A stretch of 44,821 nucleotides of DNA, taken from sequence record SRR31156797_607, one strand, 5' to 3'. The position numbers were made by a program, and so were the translations under genes. This document shows, in pieces, positions 37,154-44,821 of the stretch. The notes below the pieces were generated by a model. That model did no database searches and was not told the origin of the DNA. It worked only from the letters and a program-made list of their open reading frames with translations. Positions within the stretch are counted from its first letter, which is position 1. Each line of letters starts with the position of its first letter.

Positions 37154-38864
37154 TACTATGCTTCTTAAATTCTACTTCAATACTTGTACCTTCTTCGTTG
37201 GAATTTAAAGACCAATGTCCATTAAACATTCGGACACGTTCCTTCATATTTTGTATGCCATTTCCTAAAGTGACATTATTTATATCAAAACCTTTACCAT
37301 TATCTTTAATAAAAACATTAATCTGATCATAAAATTCGGATACTGACAACCTTATTTCTATCGCATTAGCATGTTTAATGGCATTATGAATTGCCTCCTG
37401 AATTATTCTAAACACATTTAATTCAATATCCTTTGGTATACTACTTTCTCCGTCGTTTGTATGTTCAATTATAATCTTCGTTTTATTACCTTCAAAATTA
37501 ACATTAACAAAGCTTTTCAACGCCTCTATTAAACCAAAATCATTAAGAACCGATGGCATTAAATTAAAGGATACTTTTCTTAACTCTTGAATGGTATCAC
37601 GAACAATAGTTAAAATTTCAGTTCTATTTTCAGAATCTGAAAAGTTATTTTGAAGTTTATATAAAATACTGGTTAATAATGGAGCAATACTATCATGTAA
37701 TTCACGAGACAAACGTGTCCTTTCTTTTTCTTCTCCTAAAACAAATTGACGGTGGCTCTTATTCAAATACAATTGTTCTTTTTCTTTCAATTGCTTCAGT
37801 TGATTTTTCATATTATTTAACGAGATGACCAACTGATCTTCTCCTCCTCTGAGGCACATATCATCAACATCTGTTCCCTGAGCAATTAAGTCTGAAAAAT
37901 GAATAACCTGTTCGTTTACCTTTACTAATTCATTGAGCGCATAAAACATTTCTCCAATTTCGTCTTGTGATTTCCATGCTACTGTTTTGGCTTTCTCTCC
38001 CCGTGAAATAACTTTAATAATATCTCTTACCTTGATCACAGGTGCAACCAATAAAAGGGCAATGTAATATGAAATTATTGTAGAAATCATAAATAATACG
38101 AAAGCAAAAAACACAATTCTCTCTGCCATTTCTCTAATGGGATAAAGTGCTTCATCTCTATCTATTTCTGAAAGAACTGCCCATATAAGACCTTTAAATT
38201 CTAACATTCCATAAGAGCTAAAAACCTCTATATGTCGATAATCCTGATGAAGTACTCCTCCTTCTTGTTTGTTTAAAGCATGAACTGCAGCCTCCGTTTT
38301 TGAGTAAATACTAACCGGATTTTTGTTCGGGTAAAATCTTGAAATAGTTCTTAAATAATAATCCTCTCCTACGATGTAGGTCTCACCTGATTCTCCCATC
38401 CCGGTGCGCTCAAATAAAATTTGCTGAATTTGCTCAGATGAAGAATAAAACTTAAGTATCAGACCATTTATTGGATATGAATATACTATATGAATTTTAC
38501 CATCTTTAAATTGATGACTTATATCCTTTAAAACAATAGAATCTTCAAGTGACTTAATATTTGTACTTACCACAGAATCAATATGGATAAATTCATCTTG
38601 AGCAAGTGCATCCAAATAACTATCATTCTCTAAATTTTGAGCGATCATTTCAATTTCATGTATATGAGAATTAAATACATGCTCTATTTGTGCGGTTTTT
38701 AAATGCCTGATAGAACTAAGTTGAAGTAATATACGCTCTTCAAGTGCTTTTCGGAATTGAATGGCTAGTACAATTGACACTAATGATATCACAAGGAAGG
38801 ACATTGTGATAAGTAATACTGTAATTTTGTATTGAATTTTTAATTTTCTGTAGAATGTCAACAT
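37146..38864 (-). CDS. Membrane sensor histidine kinase (periplasmic Cache-like, HAMP, HisKA_3, HATPase)
   Basis: Two TM segments, GMGESGETYIVG and WAVLSEID (Cache-like), DEIGEM (HAMP), ERTRLSRELHD, FRIIQEAIHNAIKHA, DNGKGF, GNGIQNMKER. 8-nt overlap with the regulator gene. Confidence 0.93.
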   Translation of the reverse strand: MLTFYRKLKIQYKITVLLITMSFLVISLVSIVLAIQFRKALEERILLQLSSIRHLKTAQIEHVFNSHIHEIEMIAQNLENDSYLDALAQDEFIHIDSVVSTNIKSLEDSIVLKDISHQFKDGKIHIVYSYPINGLILKFYSSSEQIQQILFERTGMGESGETYIVGEDYYLRTISRFYPNKNPVSIYSKTEAAVHALNKQEGGVLHQDYRHIEVFSSYGMLEFKGLIWAVLSEIDRDEALYPIREMAERIVFFAFVLFMISTIISYYIALLLVAPVIKVRDIIKVISRGEKAKTVAWKSQDEIGEMFYALNELVKVNEQVIHFSDLIAQGTDVDDMCLRGGEDQLVISLNNMKNQLKQLKEKEQLYLNKSHRQFVLGEEKERTRLSRELHDSIAPLLTSILYKLQNNFSDSENRTEILTIVRDTIQELRKVSFNLMPSVLNDFGLIEALKSFVNVNFEGNKTKIIIEHTNDGESSIPKDIELNVFRIIQEAIHNAIKHANAIEIRLSVSEFYDQINVFIKDNGKGFDINNVTLGNGIQNMKERVRMFNGHWSLNSNEEGTSIEVEFKKHSND

Positions 38865-38935
38865 ACTTTTGTAGCTTAAATAAAATCAAATACAAATTTT
38901 CTATTTTATTATACCCAATTGAAAACAGATTCACT

Positions 38936-41251
38936 CTATCTTACACCCCACTCTTTGTTTGATTCTTTTCCCAGCACTAATTCCAGCTCTCCTCCGTCCT
39001 TGAAATCATCATGATTGAAATAACATTTATTCCATTCCTTACCATTTAGTTTGGCCGTTTGGATATAGCAATTTTGGGATGTGTTGTTTTGCGTAGTGAT
39101 AATGAATTTTTCTCCGGAGTAATAGTTCTGATTTAATTTTATCACTATTTGATCAAAAATGGGTGAAGATATTTCATATGCTGAATTCACTGAAGCTCCT
39201 CCATCCATTTGAAAAAGTCCCATAGACATTAATACACCTAAAGCTCCAATTTGTCCTTGGTCTTCATCTCCATTATATCCGCCATAAGGACTTATATCGC
39301 CAAATGCAGTCTCTTTTACTTCTCTCACCCACTTTTGAGCAAGCCATGGACTACCACTAAAATTAAAAAGATGAGCCATTTGTAAAGATGGTTGATTCTC
39401 ATAATCCACCCAGCTTTTAGCATGCACACCATGTGGGGCAATAAAACGGTTCGCTTTAGCTTTTTCAAACGAAAAAGATAAGAATTCGGTATACTTTTCC
39501 TTTCCTCCAAACAAATGGATTAAGCCCTCCATATCGTGAGGTACATAATTCGTATAAATGGCTGAATTGCTCTCGCAAAAACCAACAGTATTAAATTCAT
39601 CTGCAACAGGCGTAAAATCCTTAATCCAATTCCCATCCATATCACGCGGATGCATCATTTGAGTTTGTGGATTCCATAAATGCTGATAGTTTTTTGCTCG
39701 CTCTGAAAAGTAATTATAATCCTCTTTCTTACCCATTTCTTTGGTTATTTGAGCCAAACACCAGTCCTGATAGGCATATTCCAGCGTCATAGAAGCTCCA
39801 TCCTTATGATAGCCATTTCCCTCCAATCCTTCAGGAACATAAGCTCTTTCCACATAATATTCCATACCTCCACCCTCCGGATCTTCATCATGCTCATAGC
39901 CGGCTCGATCACGAATACCTCCCGGTAATGCATTTTTTCTCAATCCTTCATATGCCAAATCGTAATCATAATTTCTAATACCCTTATTGTAGGCACAAGC
40001 AAAGAAAGACGCTGCCGGATCACCAATCATCACATAGGTATAATTACCCCCGGAAGGACCACGTGGAATTAATCCTCCATTTTTGTACATATCAACCATG
40101 GTATGACAAAATCCATCCATAATTTCAGGATATACAATCGACCATAAAACATTTATATTCCAATGACTTCCCCATAAGGCATCAAAATTATAATGTGGAA
40201 ATACAGGCTTACCTTCTTTGTTTAATTCGGTTTGTCTTATTACCGGATTCTCACCTGTCATATCACAATATTGACCGTTTACGTCACTTACGATCTTTCT
40301 ACCTAGTAAGGAATGCCATAAATCAGTATAAAATTTCACCTTTTGATTATGTGTTCCACCCGATACCAGAATACGCGAAAGCATTTGATTCCATTCTTTT
40401 TTAGATTCTGCTACTGTCTTATCAAAATCCCAGTCCGGCAACTCCTCTTGCATATTATTACGAGCATTTTCTATACTCGTATATGAAATGGCAACTTTCA
40501 TACAAACCGGTTCTGATCCGGTTTTAAACTGCATGTAGGCTCCATTGTTTTTCCCATGGAATTCATTGGTTGGAGGTAGCATTTGTTTATCTTCCCAGGC
40601 TCTAAAATTTGTCATAGCCTGATTTACTCTTGCTACAAAATACACATAGCTTGGCTTTGGTCGGCGTATGGTACTTCCTATTAAGGAAAAGCCTTCTATT
40701 TCATAATCGCTTACTTTTCTGATGTACGAAGAATCCACCTCTCCATGGGCCAAAAAAGCTCCTGTATGGAAATTAATATAAGCACTATCGGTTTTTGGAA
40801 AAGTATAGCGATGAAAACCCACTCTTGTTGTGGAAGTCAACTCTGCTTTTATATTATAATCATCTAATATCAATTTATGGTAGCCGGGTTCTACCACTTC
40901 TGTTTCATGCGTGAAGGAAGATTTGCTTATTTCCATTCCCAAATGGCTTTTATTTTCGCCAGTAGTAGGCATTACCGGAATACCAGCCATTTGCCAGGCA
41001 TGAATATGGCTAAAACACCTGACAAATAAGCTATCATACAAATAACCACTATTCCAACTTCCTTTAATCCAGGTATCCGGACTTAAGCTTACCATACCAA
41101 AGGGGCGACTAGCTGATGCAAAATAAAACCAGCGGCTTTTATGCGAATCAATCAGTGGATCAACATAATCAACCGGCTCTTTTTTTACTGTATTACATGC
41201 ACTAAGAAGAATATAGGAGAGTAATAGGATTAGAAAGCTCTTTTTTATCAT
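38936..41251 (-). CDS. GH92 alpha-mannosidase-like glycosidase, lipoprotein
   Basis: Lipobox LSAC, YVDPLI, PFGMVSLSPDT, FSHIH, PGYH, AELTST.RVG.HRYTF, FYTDLWH, TLEYAYQDW, FCESN, NQPS, GDEDQGQ. Confidence 0.9.
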   Translation of the reverse strand: MIKKSFLILLLSYILLSACNTVKKEPVDYVDPLIDSHKSRWFYFASASRPFGMVSLSPDTWIKGSWNSGYLYDSLFVRCFSHIHAWQMAGIPVMPTTGENKSHLGMEISKSSFTHETEVVEPGYHKLILDDYNIKAELTSTTRVGFHRYTFPKTDSAYINFHTGAFLAHGEVDSSYIRKVSDYEIEGFSLIGSTIRRPKPSYVYFVARVNQAMTNFRAWEDKQMLPPTNEFHGKNNGAYMQFKTGSEPVCMKVAISYTSIENARNNMQEELPDWDFDKTVAESKKEWNQMLSRILVSGGTHNQKVKFYTDLWHSLLGRKIVSDVNGQYCDMTGENPVIRQTELNKEGKPVFPHYNFDALWGSHWNINVLWSIVYPEIMDGFCHTMVDMYKNGGLIPRGPSGGNYTYVMIGDPAASFFACAYNKGIRNYDYDLAYEGLRKNALPGGIRDRAGYEHDEDPEGGGMEYYVERAYVPEGLEGNGYHKDGASMTLEYAYQDWCLAQITKEMGKKEDYNYFSERAKNYQHLWNPQTQMMHPRDMDGNWIKDFTPVADEFNTVGFCESNSAIYTNYVPHDMEGLIHLFGGKEKYTEFLSFSFEKAKANRFIAPHGVHAKSWVDYENQPSLQMAHLFNFSGSPWLAQKWVREVKETAFGDISPYGGYNGDEDQGQIGALGVLMSMGLFQMDGGASVNSAYEISSPIFDQIVIKLNQNYYSGEKFIITTQNNTSQNCYIQTAKLNGKEWNKCYFNHDDFKDGGELELVLGKESNKEWGVR

Positions 41252-41404
41252 TGTTGAAAGTGTTTTATGCTTAAGTGCATAAAATTAGATAAAAGCAGTA
41301 AGGCCAACAAATAAAGAACTCAGAGTTACCGAAAATCACTGGCTTAAACCTTTTTTATAAGTAACAATATTACAGTGATACATAAAACTATTATTTAATA
41401 ACAA

Positions 41405-41992
41405 TTAACCTTGATTTCCAAACCCTAATAATTCACGAACTTTTTGGGCATTTTCCTTCGAAGTTAAATATTCGAGTAATTGTAATGCCACATCCACCGC
41501 AGTATAAGGATTCCAGGATGTAATTACATTGTTATCCATAACAATAGGCTGGTGGATTATCTCAACGCCAAACTCTTCTAATGTTTTTCTACGAATAGCG
41601 TTATTGTAGGTGGTACCTTTTTTGCCTTTTAAAATTCCACTTTTCCCAACAGGCAGTGCTCCAACACAAATGGAAGCAATAATCTTTTGTTGCTCGTGAA
41701 ATTCCTTTATCAATTCTGTAAAACGCTCATCGTAAGCATCCTTATAAAAACCATATACTTCAAATCCACCAGGAATAGCCAAAGCATCAAATCCATTCAC
41801 ACCAATTTCATCAATCACATAATCAACAATAAATCGCTGATTAAAAGAACTCTTAATTTCTTTTCTTAATCCACAAGTAAATAATTGTGTTGTGCCATCG
41901 CCTTCCTCCAAATTCCAACCTATTACATCAATAAATACACTTGCTTCAAAAGTTTCGAAACCTTCGGCTAATAACAGTAGTACTTTTTTCAT
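41405..41992 (-). CDS. DJ-1/PfpI family protein
   Basis: KVLLLLAEGFETFE, DALAIPGG, IASICVGA (nucleophile Cys), V.D.NVITS..P.TA.D.AL. Confidence 0.92.
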   Translation of the reverse strand: MKKVLLLLAEGFETFEASVFIDVIGWNLEEGDGTTQLFTCGLRKEIKSSFNQRFIVDYVIDEIGVNGFDALAIPGGFEVYGFYKDAYDERFTELIKEFHEQQKIIASICVGALPVGKSGILKGKKGTTYNNAIRRKTLEEFGVEIIHQPIVMDNNVITSWNPYTAVDVALQLLEYLTSKENAQKVRELLGFGNQG

Positions 41993-41997
41993 GAATT

Positions 41998-42084
41998 CTA
42001 ATTTATAAAGGCTAATAAATAATTCGCTATTCGGATCACTTCTTTAGGTTTATCTTTATGGATAGAATGACCTCTACCATTTAT
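41998..42084 (-). pseudogene. Possible C-terminal remnant of an alpha/beta hydrolase
   Basis: Start-less 28-codon frame INGRGHSIHKDKPKEVIRIANYLLAFIN* with a GH.IH.D.P..V pattern. Stop lies 5 nt before the DJ-1 ATG. Confidence 0.35.
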
Positions 42085-42257
42085 TCAATAACTCCTTCAT
42101 TTCTTGTTGTAACAAACCAATGCTAAAAACAAAAACAGTTGTAATAAATAGTTTTCGATAAGTTTATCTGTTGATTTATTTTGTTAACAAATTAACCAAT
42201 TAATTATAACATATTACATTACAACTGTATTTTTTTGAAAAAGCTATTTCAGTTATC

Positions 42258-42614
42258 TTAATTCTTTATCTTTTTTAGATTTAAAATGATGATACCCAAG
42301 CGGGATATTATAAATGAAAACAAGCCAAAAAGTGGTCCCAACAAGGCCATTTTTAAACCATCGGATAACATACTGGGTTCAATATCACCGGCTGCAGAAA
42401 TAATATCAAAGGCGCCAATTAAACCTATTGTTCTTCCCAAATATCCCCAGGCTAAAGTAAACCATGCTATAGAAGAAATTAAGGAAATGAGGTTTTGATT
42501 ATCTTCTTGCTTTTTGTATGCTTTTACACAAAGCACGAGATTCACAATCAACAATACAATGATGGGTATTGTAATCAGTAACCCACCATCTTTAAAAAAC
42601 ATAAAAATATTCAT
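42258..42614 (-). CDS. Small MotA/TolQ/ExbB-like three-TM membrane protein
   Basis: F..GG N-terminus, G.LG...GLI.AF..I...GD..P..L..GL..AL....G pattern. Only 118 aa, no ExbD/MotB partner nearby. Confidence 0.8.
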   Translation of the reverse strand: MNIFMFFKDGGLLITIPIIVLLIVNLVLCVKAYKKQEDNQNLISLISSIAWFTLAWGYLGRTIGLIGAFDIISAAGDIEPSMLSDGLKMALLGPLFGLFSFIISRLGIIILNLKKIKN

Positions 42615-42794
42615 GACTTTAAATTTTAATGAAATTAATAATGATCATAAATATATTAGCATATCTCATTGATTATTTTTATTTGCGATGAACTGCACAC
42701 TTCATTAGTTATTTGACATATATAACACCTGAATGCTATATAAGGGTACTATTCTTCCAAAAACGGAGTTAAAACGGTTATTGATCGACATTTT

Positions 42795-42825
42795 TTTGTT
42801 TAAGCTCTATTTTGATTTAGTTTTG
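42795..42825 (+). promoter_or_regulatory. Bacteroidota primary-sigma promoter for lytS-lytT-like pair
   Basis: TTTG (42795-42798), 19 nt, TAGTTTTG (42818-42825) matches the -33/-7 consensus and spacing. Confidence 0.65.
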
Positions 42826-42829
42826 TTTA

Positions 42830-43897
42830 ATGATGAAGTTAAAAATATCGAATACGAAAACCATATTGCTCCATGTTATTTTTTGGATTGCTGTTTGGTT
42901 CTTTTATTTGTACTTTTTTAGCTATAACTCCAACGATTACAATTATATATTCTGGTTTGCCGGAGCATTAATGCCTACAACCATTATTGTAACCTATACA
43001 ATGGTTTATGTCATTATTCCCAGGTATTTATTAACCAAAAAGTATTATCAGTTTGCTTTATATTTCTTTTACACAACGATTTTTTCTGCTAACGCCATAG
43101 TCATTACTATTTATGCTTGCTTAATTTTTATTTTAAAGTTTAATATTAGCAGCATACCTCCTATGAGTAAAAATTTTGCATTTGTTTTTATTCTTATGTA
43201 CCTGGTAATTGGTATTGTGAGCCTTATTTACATTTTAAATAATAGTTTTAAAACCATTTCGAAGAATAAAGAGTTACAAAACAAGATATTAGAGGCGCAG
43301 CTTCAGCTAAAAGATCAGGAACTACATTATCTTAAAAAGCAAATACATCCTCATTTTTTGTTTAATACTTTAAATACGATTTACGGATTGGCTTTAAAAC
43401 AATCTCAATATACACCTGACGTTATTTTAAAGCTTTCCAATCTTTTGGATTACATCCTTTATCAGGTAGATAAACCCAAAGTAAGCCTAAAAGAAGAGGT
43501 ATTACATATTAAAGAATATATAGATCTTGAAAAAATACGTTTTCAGGATACTTTACGTGTTACATTCAACACAACTGAAATTCCTAAAAATCTGATTATT
43601 GCTCCAATGCTTCTGATTCCTTTTATTGAAAATGCATTTAAGCATGGCGCTATTCATGATGGCTTTCTATTTATTGAAATCAGTATATCCTTGTCGGAAA
43701 ATCAGCTTAATTATAGGGTAACAAATTCTTTCCGTGAAGATGATAATCAATCAAATCCTGGAATTGGTCTTGAAAACATTCGTAAAAGACTCGATTTAAA
43801 TTATGCGGGTAAATACCAATTGAATATCCATCAAAATGATTCATTTTTCTTTTCGGAATTAACCATAAATGACTTAAACCTACATCAAAATGACTAA
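42830..43897 (+). CDS. LytS/YehU family sensor histidine kinase
   Basis: Four N-terminal TM helices, LKKQIHPHFLFNTLN, IAPMLLIPFIENAFKHG, GIGLENIRKRL. Confidence 0.95.
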   Translation: MMKLKISNTKTILLHVIFWIAVWFFYLYFFSYNSNDYNYIFWFAGALMPTTIIVTYTMVYVIIPRYLLTKKYYQFALYFFYTTIFSANAIVITIYACLIFILKFNISSIPPMSKNFAFVFILMYLVIGIVSLIYILNNSFKTISKNKELQNKILEAQLQLKDQELHYLKKQIHPHFLFNTLNTIYGLALKQSQYTPDVILKLSNLLDYILYQVDKPKVSLKEEVLHIKEYIDLEKIRFQDTLRVTFNTTEIPKNLIIAPMLLIPFIENAFKHGAIHDGFLFIEISISLSENQLNYRVTNSFREDDNQSNPGIGLENIRKRLDLNYAGKYQLNIHQNDSFFFSELTINDLNLHQND

Positions 43898-44603
43898 TCC
43901 CATTCGATGCATAATTGTTGATGACGAGTTAATGGCTCGTGAAATTTTGGAAAACCACCTTTCCAGAATTGAAGCTGTGGATATTTTAGCCAGTTGCAAG
44001 AACTCCATGGAGGCTTTTACTGCTATTAACACTAAATCGGTTGATTTGGTTTTTCTTGACATTAATATGCCCGAAATTAACGGCTTATCATTTGCCCAAT
44101 CAATAAATAGTCAAATTAAAATCATATTCACAACAGCTTATAGGGAATATGCAGTTGATGGTTTTGATTTACAAGCAGTCGATTATTTATTAAAACCTAT
44201 TTCCTTCGAACGCCTGTTGCAAGCGATACAAAAATACCGCAATGAAAACGTAAATGTATTGTCTCCTATTCCTATAGAAATTATTCAGGAGCAACATGAT
44301 TATTTCTTTGTGCGTACCGAACGCAAAATGGCTAAAATTAATTTTAGTGATATCTTATATATTGAAAGCCTTAGCGATTATATAAAGATTCACCTCTCTG
44401 AGAAGTCAATTGTTACCAGGGAGACTATTACGCATGTTGAAGCCCAGTTACCCCAGCATGATTTTATCCGAACCCATCGCTCATTTATTGTCTCCAAGCA
44501 AAAGATCGAATCCTACACCAACGAATTTGTTGAAATTGGCAGCAAACAAATTCCAATTAGCAGAAGTTATAAAAACAAAGTTTTAAGTCGTTTAATAAAT
44601 TAA
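43890..44603 (+). CDS. LytTR family response regulator
   Basis: IVDDE, FLDINMP, IFTTAY..YA, DYLLKP, ILYIESL.DY, F.RTHRSFIV, IPISRSYK. 8-nt overlap with the kinase. Confidence 0.95.
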   Translation: MTNPIRCIIVDDELMAREILENHLSRIEAVDILASCKNSMEAFTAINTKSVDLVFLDINMPEINGLSFAQSINSQIKIIFTTAYREYAVDGFDLQAVDYLLKPISFERLLQAIQKYRNENVNVLSPIPIEIIQEQHDYFFVRTERKMAKINFSDILYIESLSDYIKIHLSEKSIVTRETITHVEAQLPQHDFIRTHRSFIVSKQKIESYTNEFVEIGSKQIPISRSYKNKVLSRLIN

Positions 44604-44615
44604 AGCATTACAAGT

Positions 44616-44684
44616 TCATGCCAAGGCTAATCTGGCTCCAAAGTATGCTCCTACGCCTCCTGCTCCGATTATTCCTATTTTCAT
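44616..44684 (-). pseudogene. panE: N-terminal remnant of ketopantoate reductase (2-dehydropantoate 2-reductase)
   Basis: MKIGIIGAGGVGAYFGARLALA* (22 aa): Rossmann GxGxxG start typical of PanE/ApbA. TGA follows and the convergent lytTR gene leaves no room for the rest. Confidence 0.7.
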
Positions 44685-44742
44685 TTTTTCTGGTTTAGTT
44701 AATTATTCAGTCGATTTTATTTTTAATAGCTATACATTTTAT

Positions 44743-44750
44743 CAAAAATA
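44743..44750 (-). promoter_or_regulatory. Candidate -7 promoter element upstream of the panE remnant
   Basis: Minus-strand TATTTTTG (TAnnTTTG) about 60 nt upstream of the ATG at 44684. Confidence 0.4.
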
Positions 44751-44821
44751 GCTAATACCTACATAGCGATTAATTTGAATTGGCGCTTCGTCCAATGTCA
44801 TTAATTTAGTGTTTATTTATC

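Noticed and set aside
42685-42735. GCGATGAACTGC as a LytTR direct-repeat site for the mini-ExbB gene
   Set aside because: The position is plausible, but no convincing second copy lies at about 21-bp spacing.
42733-42921. 62-aa plus-strand ORF overlapping the lytS start
   Set aside because: It overlaps the promoter and kinase CDS in another frame and has no features of a real protein.
1-44821. rRNA, tRNA, CRISPR arrays, transposases, integrases, phage or defence genes
   Set aside because: None recognised; the long ORFs are accounted for and the intergenic gaps are short and AT-rich.

Overview
AT-rich chromosomal window from a Bacteroidota bacterium. SusC/SusD, hybrid two-component systems (HTCS), TAnnTTTG promoters and a T9SS cargo protein support the phylum; a narrower placement such as Marinilabiliales is only a guess. 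(1) 137-23025, minus strand: a polysaccharide utilisation locus (PUL) with the enzyme set expected for fucogalacto-xyloglucan: susC, susD, BACON-GH5 endoglucanase, PA14-GH31 alpha-xylosidase, GH95, GH3, HTCS, SGNH acetylesterase and GH2. (2) 23468-35982, plus strand, divergent: HTCS, GH2, a 1496-aa PL11 rhamnogalacturonan lyase with beta-strand-repeat stalk and T9SS C-terminal domain, and GH43; this cassette has no SusC/D of its own. (3) 36101-44821, accessory region: a Cache-HAMP-HisKA_3 kinase and NarL-type regulator upstream of a small basic secreted protein with GxxxKNxKxW repeats preceded by a perfect 7-2-7 operator-like palindrome, then GH92, DJ-1/PfpI, a stand-alone mini ExbB/MotA-like membrane protein divergent from a LytS/LytTR pair, and two short gene remnants not in the ORF track (panE N-terminus, possible alpha/beta-hydrolase C-terminus). 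Three promoters share tandem AACA-core repeats at a fixed 31-32 bp offset from the -7 element, which are candidate HTCS binding sites. No rRNA, tRNA, CRISPR array or mobile element was recognised. All family calls come from motif recognition, not database searches.
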